Assembly (NCBI GenBank): GCA_000708835.1
Contig: DF237405.1
Span: 11,718 to 75,717 of the forward strand
DNA from: Klebsormidium nitens
Lineage: Eukaryota > Plantae > Klebsormidiophyceae
DNA: 64,000 bases
Direction of reading: 5' to 3'
Positions within the stretch are counted from its first letter, which is position 1, and each line of letters begins with the position of its first letter. Below the pieces are notes generated by a model, which worked only from the letters and a program-made list of their open reading frames with translations, was not told where the DNA came from and did not search any database. Positions 38,506-51,190 of this stretch are shown here, piece by piece. The position numbers were made by a program, and so were the translations under genes.

Positions 38506-39600
38506 GCGACCGTTCAGCAGGGAGAAACTGGGCTTGGGATGAGGGACAGTTGTATATGAACCGAAACTCTGTCTGCAACCCCGTGCCCTCGAGCATGTTG
38601 CACTCGCTTCCCCCGCTTGTTCTTTATACTCAAATGATCATACGACGCGTGTCATCAGCGACTGGTTCACATGATTCTTAGTGATTGCCGCATGATTGAT
38701 TCACATAGATCGAGGATACGTCGTCTGCACTTCATCTTATATATGAGTCATTGCATCGAACAGCTTGATGTTTTTTTAGATTCAATTTTATGGTTTTGAA
38801 CATGCGTGTGCTTACATTGACATTGGCCTCGAGCTATCATACGCTCATGCAGTACACCTTGGTCTCTATTTGTTGCAAGAAATACGGCTTCTGCATAAAA
38901 GGGGACCGTGATCATGTTCGAACAGCTAAGTGAAAAATGATTGCATGTGCAGCCGCCCGGGTAGATATACAGTAAGACGAAATCATTAGATTGTGTACAC
39001 TGTACTTTCTGTACACTCCCGGTTGTGAATCTTCAAGCAGACTTCACCAGTGCATTTGACAGGTCATCTTCGATCACAGAAGACAACACTGAGCTCGATG
39101 TTCATCAGGTTCATCATGTACTATACCATGCTATATTAGCACGTACCATACATCAATCACAGGAATGGGTCAACTGCATGCGCCATAATGCACTGCGGCA
39201 TGCATTAGGAGTAGGATTCAATTCAAAGCTTGCATGAAGCAACTATGCTAGTCAAATAGCACGAAGATGACAAAGGACAGAGCTATTCAGGTTATCCAAC
39301 TCGAAAGTTTGCAGGCCCTTTCAAAATTCAGATTTTCATGCAAGACATATCGGTCCGACCTAATCTGAACGGTTTTTCGACGGCACCTCCTAATGGTGCC
39401 CTTCTCCTTGATCACAATTCAAAATTGCGTCTCGTTACTTGCAGCTTGTACACATTGATACAATCCTATGTCTCTCTCCCGGTGCCAGAATAGTGCTCCC
39501 GATGTATACGTAAGATCGGTTATGCGCAAGCCTTGATGTCGGTGTCTGATCCTGCAACGAACTGTGTCTACCACTGCCTAAGTTGACGTCAAGTATCCGC

Positions 39601-41916
39601 TTATTTGTTCTTGACGAGCTCCACCTCTTTGAGTTCCAGGGCAAAGCCCTTCCCCGTCTTCCAGTAGTCAGACAGCGGATGTATACCACCTTCGGGGGGT
39701 TCGAAATCCTGAGAGCAGACAAACGAGCCGCCACCTTTAGCAGATCATGGGTCCACGTCTTAACTTCAAAAGTAACTTTGTCGATTAAATTCGGCTGCAG
39801 GACAGGCGTGAAAAAGGGAAGCTTGTCTAGAACGATTTCAGGAGAACCCGCAAAGTCGATGTGTTATGAAGCGCGCTCGCCAAGCCCACAGAGTCTCAAC
39901 ACCAATGTTTTGCGTAAGTCGAAACATCTCGCGCCTGAGGGACAGATTGCAGTGTGGAAGAGGAAACACTCGCACAAATGATAAACCATGAGCGAGCCTG
40001 GGACACGTCAACGAACACCTCCAGCCAAACCCTTCAAAAATCCCTTTCTGGACCGCCGAAAACTGGAGTCCTCGGCTTTCCCCTGTTGATATACACAATT
40101 GGGTTGTGATCTAGGTTCAAAGCGAAATTTCTTTGCCTAGAACTTTCTCTCCCGTGGTACTTCAAGAGGGTCCGTCAGTCCTTGACAAAGCAATTTGCCA
40201 TGCGTCTCGTTTAACCTAAGCGTTTCGTTTCTACTCTCTAAACTCCCGTGCGTTCTCTCCGCGAGTGCAGAATCAGAACAACCCGCCGAGCTTCCGATTT
40301 GAGAGAGCGGTGTTGAGATGCTTTGAACCCGCTCACCCGCCGTTCCTCTTCCTTCTCCTGTGTCGAGATGCCGTAGCGCTTGTCGCGCGCGGCCACCAGG
40401 TCCGCCGGCACGGGGGCCTGCTCCTGCGGTGACGTCATGAGCGCGGGCACGCCCAGCGGGAGGCTGTGCTTGTCGGTCTGCCACGTGTTCCAGAACTTGC
40501 CGTACGTCTTGGCCATCTTGGGCAGCAGGCCGCGCTCCGCCGCAGACGGCACGCCCGGCAAGACCCACAGCCCGGTGCGGATCTCGAAAAAGTGTGAGTG
40601 CCACAGCTTCTTCTCCTGAAAACGGAGGGGACCACGAGTCGGACATAATTCGAAGGAAATTCTTGTCCCGGAGTGGGGGTAAGACTTCGCTCATGTCGAC
40701 TGCTTTTGGCAGAAAAAGCCGCCTTGCACAGGGCTGGCGTGTTCATCGATCTTGACTTGCTAGTCGATTTCCGGATATTGTTTTGATAAAAAAGAAGAAA
40801 CGTGCGCAGAGCGCAATGCTGACAATTGTATAGCGGCCAATCGAACGGAACAGAGAAGAAGAGCCACACTGATTGGTGACCGATCGAAGTTTCGAAAGGC
40901 TCAATGAGAATTGGGGAAGAAGGGGCATACCTCGTCTGGCAAAGTGTGGAACAACTTCTCAGACACCACATACTCCACGCCCACAATCCTGCATACAAAG
41001 AAGAGAGTAAGATACACGAAGTTACGGTAAGCAAGAGCTAACAAACCGTTAAAGCAATTGATCAAGACCCTCGTTTCCAAGATGCAATTGGCTCGATTGA
41101 ACAGAGTGTATCAACATACTCGTCAAAAGAATTAGGTTGTCTCTGGCTTAGGAAAACGAGTAAGTGGTACCAGTACAGCAGAAGGTATTATCAGAGCGCC
41201 AGAGCGGCTGCAGAAACGGACAGGAAGCTTGAATAGCAGAGGTCAAATCCAATACACCGACCACTCTCACTCTCACTCTCCCCCTCCCCTCCCGCCCCTG
41301 CCCCTGCAAGCTGTTCCCCAGCTCTCCCCTCTCCACCCCCCCCCCACACTGGTCCTTTTAAGTGGGCGTGTCGGGGCAGCTACCTGGCATCCTTTTTGTC
41401 TGAATCATAGACGACGCACTGGAAGAAGTCGTCATTCACTGCTGCCACGTGGTGGTGGGTCTCGATGCAGCGGCTGGGGTTGTCATGGAACATCGCCCAG
41501 GTGCACACGTGCTGGTTGATCTGGCGCAGACAATCACAGCGGTGAGAAACAGAGCACAGGTTTCGAACATCACATGCAACTTCTAGCTAGCCCTGAATGA
41601 TCAGGAGAGATCTTCACCAAGGACGAAGGGTGTAGTGACCAGCTGAAGTATTCAAAGAATTGACTGATTGAACATTCGTCAGAACATTTCTTTAGGTACT
41701 GAAGGACCGCCAATATAAGTCTTCTGTTTTGAGCCTGTCCCCCCAAGCTGCCCCCACCTGGTTGATGGGCTTGAAGCTCTGCATGACGGCCGCACCCGTC
41801 TCCAGCACGGCCGTCCCGGTGCTCTTCTGCTCCCCGGGCACATTCTCCCCGCCCCCAGCCGAGCCGTGCGTCCGCACGTGCTCGCGCTGTGTGGTGCTGT
41901 CGGGCCCGCTCGACAT
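39601..41916 (-). CDS. OBAP1: Oil body-associated protein (OBAP, DUF1264 family)
   Basis: GTAVLETGAAVMQSFKPINQ / QHVCT..IETHHH..QCVVYDSD / GLEYVVSEKLFHTLPDE / LWHSHTFEI..KTYGKFWNTWQTD..LPLGVPALMTS / final exon GIHPLSDYWKTGKGFALEL. Confidence 0.9.
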
Positions 41917-42478
41917 CCTCGTAGCTTGCCTGCTTAGAAGCTACGTCTTCGACCAAAGAGCCAAGGTGCCTTCGAAGCTCAGACAGAAGATAAGCGGCGA
42001 AAGATCGGTTGATGCGAGGACCCCACGAACAGTGCTTTATGTGTCTTCGGCGTCCTCCTGACCAGAGGGGCGCTAGCGGGAGGCCTATCGTATCCTAGCT
42101 GAGAGCTCCAGTGTGAAGGTCATTCTCGGAGCCGCTCCTCGGGCGCATGCAATTGCATGCAGGCGGACCCTCTTTGAGCCGGCGCGTGGCACAGTAAAGC
42201 ACACGGTGAATGTACGCACGCGGTCCCGCGCGCGGTACGTGCAAGCTGCCGGCCGCGCAAGCCGGCGGCAGCGCCATCGATCTGCGGGGATCCCGGAGAA
42301 CAAGCTTTGCGGCAGTTTGCCTTCTCGCAAGAGAAAGCTGCGCATCTGCATATGCTTTCTGATAGCTCCTCCATCGCTTCAATTTCAGCCTTGGAGCCTA
42401 GCGAAGGTCAGGAAGAGGTGATAGACGCATTGCCTTTGTGTACCGAGCCATCGCGTGCTCCATTGATTCAGCAATCAG

Positions 42479-45400
42479 ATGGAGGATCTGAAAAAGAAAG
42501 GCAATGAAGCTGTTGCGAAAGGAGACTTTCAAAAGGCAGCCGACTTCTATGCAGAGGCATTCAAGTTCGTTCAGCCAGGCAGCGAAGCAGCTGCAGCATT
42601 GCACAGCAACCGCTCGTACGCCCTTCTAAAATTCGGCAAGGCTACTCAGGTAGGCACCACTGAGCTGAGCTTTCTGATGACATGGACAATTCTGCTGTCC
42701 TTCGTATCCTCAGGTTCCTGTGCAATTGGTTACAGTCGGCCATGTTGAAAAGGTGCCTGTAGTTTGCAGAATAGTCTCGGATCCTGGTGGCACTGATGCT
42801 GGTTGCAGAGTCTTGCTTGAAGTTGACTTGGTTTTTGTCGTGCCTCTAGGCAGCTGAAGAGGCGGGCCGCGCAGTCACCTGTCGGCCAGAATGGAACAAG
42901 GTATGGTCCTCTGCTTAATGTGCACCACTCCACCATCAGTTTGATTTGGACGTTTGATTTGGCTGAGGTCTTACAAGCAAGAAAAAGTTTGTTCAGATCG
43001 TTCGTGCATTGACCCTGTGCTGCCACTACTTTGATGAAAGGGCCGATATGAGTCATGTGTAACTGAATGTGTGCTAGAACGTTGTGCCTCAACATCTTCA
43101 ACTCTGCCACACATGCGCTCTCACATGCATGGAGCTCAGTTGATAGGGGAATTGTTGTATGCAGGGTCACTTCCGCCTTGGAGAAGCCTTGTTTGCACTG
43201 GAGGACTTTGACGGCGCAGAAAAAGCATTCGCAAGGGCGCATGAGCTGGCAAGTACCTGTGCCCAAAGTTTGCAGCTCCTGAGTGATTGAGTGCTTCGAA
43301 AGGTTGGCTGATCAAGTGATGGTCCAATGAGGGTGACTGTTTCTTGCAACTTGGTCTTTGGTTTTTGTGCCCACAGTTTTTGTGTCTTCTGAGAATGTCA
43401 GGTCCATTTTGTTCCTTGCTCCTTGTGAAGCATTGATCTGGAGCTCTGCTTGACCACCAGCGGCACTTGTGCAGGCTCCAGATGACGCCCATGTGCGGGG
43501 AAGACTGCAAGCGTGCAAAGAAGCAAACAGTGGCTACTTCTTCAGGCAGGCAAGTAGGCTTTACGTCAATCGTTTGAGGTTTGAAAGAAAGACGTGCACT
43601 TCGATAGAGCTGTCTATGGATCCTAACCTGGAAAGCTGGGTGACTGGCCTGGGAGTCTGTCTATGGTATGTACTGGTGCCTTTCATACCATCGTCATTCC
43701 CTCTTTCTCAGCCGGTGCGAGTTGGTGTTTGCAGTTGTTCGCCGGTCGAGACTTTGCCGTCGGCACTGGCGGCATGCTCAACTTTGTGCAGAACCAGGTC
43801 TTCAGTGCGGCTCAACAGATGCGCAACTTCAGCTACCTGGTAGGCGACACTCAGACGCGCGAGTGCGTCGTGGTGGACCCAGCGTGGGATGTCAAGGTGC
43901 GGGAGCCCGTTCTCAGAGTCACTGTTACAGAAGGATTCTGTTGTCCTCTATGGAACTCAGCATTGCCACGATGAGGATGTAACAGATCAGTATGTCATCA
44001 CCTGTGCGCCGATTGGGCAAGGTGAAGATGGATACCGGACAGGTCCAAGATCGTACCTGAAAAAATGACGGCGGCCGTCCCAACCAACCAACATTGTAAC
44101 TACCAATGGGGTCAGCGCTCTTACCAGCAACTTCTGCAAAGCACCTTTTTAGTATGAATCCAGACATCACCATCTAACAAGTAAGTTGACATTCAAAGGC
44201 AGAGGAAAAGCCTAGCAACCTCAAGCCGATTTAGTCCAGTTGTCATTGCACAGTGAAGGTTTGTTGCTGCTCTTCAAAGACCGATCTCCCGTGTGCATCT
44301 GTTGCAGGCCATCCTGGCCCGTGTGGAAGCGGAGCACATGAAGCTGGTGGGCGCCATAGCGACCCACTATCACTTCGATCACACCGGGGGGTTGCCGCCA
44401 CCGCCGTTCGACTCCCTGGGAATCCGGCTGGCGGGGGTCAAGGAGGTGGCGGAACAAGCCAAGGTGCCGGTGAGCGACGGGCCACTGAAACGGCAGGGGC
44501 CGGAGTCTATTGACTTGAAGCTTGGCGCTGACGTGGATATTGTTTTTAAATTCGTCGCCGGTAGCACGAGAGTCAGTAGGTAGCACAGGACTTGTCTGAC
44601 GGCAGCCGTATGTGCGTTTCGCTTGGGAGACAGAGTGCATTATTATGAGCAGCTGGGCTGACATGTCACAATTGATCTAACGTTCTCATAATCTTGGGAC
44701 AGGTGTACGTTCATCGGGACGATGCAGCCACCATTCGGGAGAAGAACCGGGTTCCCGCATCGTCGATCCACGAAGTGCAGGTACCTTCTTTGCTCCTTCC
44801 CCTGCTGCGCACATCGTGACATGCTTGTTTACGGGGTCCTCCATCTTCGAGCGAGCTAGCCTGCTGTCTAAAGAACCAGTCCATCTACGTATTCAAGTTA
44901 CAGGTTACCGTCTCAAGGCAATGTCCTTCCGAGACAAGCCGCTGCAGTGCCTGCTCCTTGAGGCGTGAAGGCATTCTGCTGTGCAGGACGAGGAGACTCT
45001 GCGCGTGGGGCGCGTCGAGCTCAAGTTCCTGCATACCCCGGGCCACACCCCGGGGAGCATGTGCGTGCGGATCAAGCGGACGCCGGACGACGCAACTGGC
45101 GCCCTCCTCTCGGGCGATACTCTGTTCATAGGAAGGTAAGACTGCTTCTCTGCGTCCGAGCTGCTGACACGATGGAAGAAGAGCAGTATTTCGCTGTAGC
45201 CACCAGGAGTCGGAAAGCAATATGTTTGTCCATGTGAGGTCGCTCTGCAGCAACTTCCGCAGTGCCAGGACAAGCCTTCCTTCCAACGTTGATAGTAGTA
45301 GCTGTCTTTTCGCACGTCGCCGCTTCAGGAATGATTGAGGGGCACTCCAGGGCTGAGATCTGGCTCCCCGCCTGCAGCTGTGGCCGGCTGGATCTCCCTG

Positions 45401-45815
45401 ACTGCGACCAGATGGCCATGTACAGCAGCCTGCAAAGGAAGCTGGCCACCCTGCCAGACGATACAAGGTACGCGAGCTTGGACGGAGGCTTTCCGCACTG
45501 AATTTCATGGTACAGGCGAATCCAAATCCGTGACAACCTCTAGCTTATGTTTGATCACGACGTTGCTATCTCCTCTTGCTTGGCAGTGGCCAACCATTGT
45601 ATGTGGTCAGGTACATGTCGTTCCTTGCGAAGCCGTCGGATTGCATGTGGCGGCCATTATTGGGAGAACGATGCTCATTTACTCTTTGATTCTGCAGGGT
45701 GTACCCAGGTCATGATTACGGTGGTAAGTTCACAACTATTGGCTCCGAAAAAGCACGGGGCCTTTTACGGCCACTGTCAGAGGGCCAGTGGAAGGCTATG
45801 CACAGTAAAATCTGA
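42479..45815 (+). CDS. TPR-repeat / metallo-beta-lactamase-fold hydrolase fusion protein (glyoxalase II-like)
   Basis: N-terminal TPRs (LKKKGNEAVAKGDFQKAADFY..HSNRSYALLK..RPEWNKGHFRLGEAL..ELAPDD) are spliced in frame to an MBL domain with THYHFDH, TPGHTPGS, SGDTLF and YPGH metal ligands. Confidence 0.88.
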
Positions 45816-46473
45816 GGAGATTGCCAGAACCAGCTTGACGAGCTTCAACAGCTTCTAGATCAAGCGGCCAGCGGGCGTAACAAACTTATACATAGACCAG
45901 AATAAAGCAGGCAGCTGTAGCAATGGTCCGAGCCTGAGTATGGGCCTTGTGTAACAGCGTTTGAAAGCACGCATCTGATATAGCGGCCCAGGAGGAATGT
46001 GCAATAGTATGTAGGTGCAATATATTCATTGGTGTCCTAGCTGAAGGTGATAGGTGTAACGTTATACCAGCCCAAATACAAATCTGAACCCTTCGTCCTT
46101 GATCGATCTCAGCCTGATGGTCGACTAAAGCTTAGCATGTCACATCATGTCGATTCACTAGGTGCAATATATAATATATGGCGGGTGCAATCTTTCGAAC
46201 TTCTCAAAACTCTACCGCGAATAAATTTGGTGATTCTGATAACATGCCGTTAACAACATAATCAAGCATGTGCACATGGATTGCAGGGATATTACGTACC
46301 ATGCAAGTTGCAACACTATGATATGGCGCGCCGCTGTCTAGCTGCATGATGCACATGGCGGTGCATCAACGTGGCATGCTGGCCGCGCGGGGACGGCACA
46401 TGCATCGCAAGGTACATATTGTTAAGTCAGCCTGCACGCATGGAAACTGCTTCCAACGATCGACATCTTTCCA

Positions 46474-46677
46474 ATGTTTTATATGCCAGACGGCCTCGTA
46501 CCCATACTGCAAGCTACTGGAGGGACTTGCAGCGGGCATGGTGTATGCGCTGACCAAAACTGTATTGACCACTGCAATGCTCAAGGGCTTGCAAAGCACG
46601 TGACCCGTTGCTATTGTGCCACAGGACTTATGGATTGCTTCGCAACCACAGCGAGTCGACTAGACCCCCAGAGGTGA
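46474..46677 (+). other. Small Cys-rich ORF or exon (EGF-like/defensin-like spacing), gene status uncertain
   Basis: TCSGHGVCADQNCIDHCNAQGLAKHVTRCYCATGLMDC has 7 Cys in 37 residues. No signal peptide or upstream exon was identified. Confidence 0.25.
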
Positions 46678-46887
46678 TGGGCCACCATACATAGCGTGCC
46701 CCCCTCATTTAATATCGTCAATGGTGGAGGGGCGAGCTTGTTTCTCTCGTCTTCTGTCTTTGAATCGCTTGCAAAGCAGGCTGAGATGCCCGATCGTTGA
46801 GCCTCGTGTATTTGACAGAGGTGGAACTATGTAGTCAACTCGACATTTTGGATTTGTAGCGCTTTTTGAGCTGGACTAAGATGATAA

Positions 46888-49800
46888 CTAACCTGTCGTT
46901 GCTACGGCAGGCAAAGGTGTCGGTATTCTCTGCACTCCCACGTCTTCTCGGCTCTTGCCCGCGTTTAAGCTCCCAAATCCTCCAACACCCAGTCCGCTGC
47001 TTACTGGCCTTCGATAACCCGTGTCGAAGGCCCCCGGCCGAGCGCCCTCTTGAGCCTGCCACAGGCCTAAGGTCGCACTAGACAGGCGGTCACCATCGCT
47101 CCCGTTCGGAGGCTTGTACAATACCTTGCCACCCGCCGGTGGAATGGATGCATACGTACTACTGGGAGGTTTGTACGAGGTGGTTGTCGAAGGGACACCA
47201 GATGCCGGGCCCGACCCCGGCCTTGTGTACAGCGGTGCTCCCCCGGCTGCCGTTGGCGCCTTGTAGGCACTACTGTGCGGCTGGGGAACGCTTGTGAAGG
47301 GACGAGTGGTCGGGGCAGGGATAGAGGCGCCTGATGAGCATACAAACGTCTCGTGTGAGAATGATTCCACAAGCCTGCCAGGCGTTTGGAAGAATGGGGA
47401 GGAGTGCCAAGTCTGCGAAGGTCTTTCGCTTTTCAGAAAGAGCGGTACTTTGGGAGAAGGTTGCGCGTTGTCCCAGGTTGTCTGCGCCACACATCGAAGA
47501 TGAGAGCCTCGATTCCATCCGCATTTGACAAGTGAGAGACGAGCGTCGAGAAAGATGAAATAAAACCAGAATTCGAGCCTGCCGGAATGACGCACCGTAA
47601 GAGGTGCCGGCCGATGGCCGCGCGGCAGCATCAGGGGCTGCGCTCGGTGCGGTGAAGGACGTGATGGGCTTGAAGGAGAAGCGCGTGGCCGCCGGCCCGG
47701 AGTTGAGCTTGCCGAGCTGCGCTTCCGTGACCTGGGTGTTGAGCCACTGGATCATCTGCTGGTCCGACTTGAGCGTCTCCTGCGCCTCGTCCAGCTTGGC
47801 CTTCAGGTCCGCAGCCTGAGAAGCACAGAAAGCGCGTCAACGGCGTGTTTTCTTTGGGGGAGTCGAGAAGCACAGAGCTTTAGAATGGCTTTAGAAATCT
47901 CTTCGGTATCATTTCCACGCTCCGGGCTTTCTCACGTTGGAGAGTCTGAATCTCAAAAATCCGCTTGCGTCGCTCAACCCAGCCGTTCCACTTGACCCCG
48001 TCCTCCATTTGATCTCATCCTCGTGTGGCGGTTCGTGACCGGATACAGGAAGTTTTGATGCGGAAGAGACGGTTTGTGCACCGCTATGAAAGGTATCGAC
48101 TCACCTTCGATCTGAGGGTCTCATTCTCGGCCTTGAGCTCGGCTACCTGTTCCCTGACCGCACTGTTTTCGCGCAAACTTTTCTCGATCGTCGCCTGCCG
48201 TTCGGCGAGCAGGTTCTCTTGCTGCGCTGTGACTGCTGCCTTCAGCTTCAGCTTCGATCTGCTGGCACGAAGCTCCGTCTGCAAGAGAAAGCACCAATCT
48301 TCCGGTCTAGGCGAAAATCTTTTAGGCAAATGGAGACGACTGAGAATCGGAGATTTGCAACCGATTGGAAAGGTGGCGAACAGAATTGACGAGAATCAGA
48401 TCGGGTTTTCAGAAACGTTCTGAGGTTGTCAGAGAAGAAACGAAGATGTCACGAATTCCCTTTAGAATGTCAAGAAATGGATCTTGCAAGCTGAAGACCT
48501 TTACAAATAGCCGCGCACCTGCAGTTTCTCGATGATCTGATTCCCCTTGTTGATCTCAGCTGCGCTTGCTGTGACCCGCTCCTCTGCCCTCGCTGCCGCA
48601 GCCTGGCTTTCTTTCCAGGACTGTTCCACTGCCGCTCGGTGGCTCTGCTCACTCTCCAGCTGCTGACTGACTTTCGACAGAAGCTCCTCCTTGTCGTGAA
48701 CCTACAGGAGCAACAATTGACGTCACCAAGGGGACAACGATTTCTCGAAGGCATCTCTAGCTCACTCTGACAAGCTTCGCGTCACATAGTCAAGTCCCCA
48801 TTTTCGAACTATCCAACAAAGCATTGGCAACAAATTGCAAGCGTAAACCTACCTGCTGCTCAAGGGCACTCAGCCGAATGAGATGCCTGTTGAGGACCTT
48901 TTCGGCCTCGTGCTTCTCTCCGTCTAAGGCCTTGTTGTCTGCTCGGAGCTTCTCGCACTCCTGAGGGAAGCCAGAACAAGCGGTTTGACAAAGCCACCCT
49001 GAGCGGAGTTTTCACCATTCAGATTGACAGAAACATCCGAAGCGAAGCTCTCACCAGACGAGGCGACCAGTGCTGATTGCCATGCAGTCGTCATCGAATT
49101 TGCAAATCGTCCAAGACGCTTAATCGGATGCAAGCCATCAGCAGCGTGACTCATACGGATCAACAATTCTTGGCCGATCTTACCTTTTGCATCTGCTGGA
49201 GATCATCGTCCACTGCGTTGAGCTTGCCGTTCAGCTCAGCCAATCGCGTTTCTAGTGCATACTTGGTGTCCAACAAGCTTCGCACTTGCTTGTCCAGGTC
49301 AGTGTTCCGCTCTTGCAACTTGTCATTCTGGGCCCTGTACCGGGCCTCGGTTTCTAGCCGCTCCCGCTCAAGCCTGTCCTTCAAACTGGTCAAGTCTTGC
49401 AGTGCCTGGCAAAACAGGTGAGAAAGCATCAAGAGTGTACGAAAAACGCTCGCAAATTCGTCATGGATTTCAGGACTTGTTAACAGATCCAAACGGCCAA
49501 GAAACACAAATTGCAACAAGGGCGAGAAGCAATCATCCCGTGTAGTTCAAAGGGCAACACCCTACCTTCTCTTTCTCTGCGGTGACCGCTAATGCTTGTT
49601 CGCCCTTCAATTCGCTGACATACCGGGTGTTACTGTCCTTCAGCTTGGATACCTCACTGTGGAAGAACGCAAACGGTAAGTGATGAAACCAGAAGGCTAC
49701 ACCTGGTTGCCATGTGAATGGAAGAAGCATGACTGTCAGGAACATCAGCAGCTAGCTGAGACGCTGGCAGGTCAGTCAAGATGGCAGGAGGAGACAGGAA

Positions 49801-51190
49801 GTGCGTACGACGTCCCACCTTGCCAACCTCGAATTATCCTTTTGCGCTGTGTCCAGCATGTGCAGTGCCCTTGTTAGTTTTTCGTGATAGTCATGGTTGG
49901 CTGCCTGTACACAGGGAAGCCAACTCAGTTGTATTATCAGCCATTTGATTGTGAATCCACCAACGTTCACTTTTAAAAAGGAATCAGTTTACAGCATGGG
50001 AAGAGTAACTACCAGTGTGAGGAGATGCAAGAGTCTCATCATAAAAGATGAGAAAAGATTGCCTTGAAATAAAAATGACGGTGTGGGCGAGTAGAATAAG
50101 GGCTCACCTTGAACTCTGCCAGCCTCCCTGCAAGATACTGCTTCACCGCAGCATCATTCCCAGGACGAAAGTTCAGGGATATGTGGCTCAGATGCTTGAA
50201 CTGGTTGGTTTCTACAATGCTGACGGACGAGTCTCCGCCTCGGAGCCGGAGAATGGCAACAAATCTGCAAATAAAGGGCAAGTAAAAGTTCGCAAGTCGC
50301 CAAGATGGTAGGAAGCATCAGGTGCTCGCTTCTCTATCTAAGGACCACCTGCAGACTTTTGTAAGCCCATGCTGTTCAGTGTCCTTGGCAGGCAAGACCA
50401 GTGCGAGGTTCTCACCTCGGGGAAGCCTGTACCCTTGCTTCGACGCACTTCTCCAGCAGCTCAATGAATTTGGAAGGGAAGGTTGCAAAGTCGACCAGGA
50501 TGCACTGCTCCACTTTCAGGGACTGGAAGTCCTCTTCGCTGACTTCCAGAGTGTGGACAAAGAACGGGTCTGCTTCACTTGTGAGCTGAACCCTCAGCAC
50601 CTAAAAACCAGATATGGAGTCAGGCAGAGCAGTAGGCTTCGATAGCAAAGTATGTTTCCTGCGGTGTGGGCAGCAGGAACCATCTGTGGAACATTACCAT
50701 CTCAGAGACCCTGACAGTTTTCTCGCTGAAAGCAACACTTGCAAGTTTCCCCAAAAATGATCATCTAAGTAGTCTGCTTGACTGAGATAGCTTGTTGATA
50801 CCCGCCTGTTGCTTGTATGCTTGTTCATGCCCAAACCCTAATCAGCACCGCCTGCCGAAAATGGCAGCATCCTGAACCAAGAAGTACCATCTTGGTCTCC
50901 AGAAGCTGCAGACCTTTCTGGAGCTTTGCACCATGTGCCGCATCCTGTTTATATTGCAGAAAAATACATTAGCAGTCCCAGAAAGTCTTGCAAATCCATG
51001 ATCTTGAAGGTGCTTAGTACCTTCGTACATGCTTTCACTTCATCTTCCTTGAACTCACCCGGGTGTTCCTGTTCTGCCGGCTTGAACCCAGTGTTATCCT
51101 CACAGATAGTTCCTCCTGCCTGTCTTCATGGCCTGCCTTGCTAATACGAACAGGAACAGGCTTCTCAAAAAGATCATTCATATCCTCCAT
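46888..51190 (-). CDS. SAS6: Spindle assembly abnormal protein 6 (centriole cartwheel)
   Basis: LFEKPVPVRI..EELSVRI / LRVQLTSEADPFFVHTLEVSEEDFQSLKVEQCILVDFATFPSKFIELLEKC / IVETNQFKHLSHISLNFRPGNDAAVKQYLA (SAS-6 head and PISA motif), coiled-coil exons, MIQWLNTQV and a low-complexity tail. Confidence 0.95.

Noticed and set aside
40238-40340. OBAP C-terminus as given by the open ORF (..RRVSGFKASQ..)
   Set aside because: A GTGAGC donor follows ERR, and a downstream exon (39601-39705) supplies the family-typical DYWK.GKGF end.
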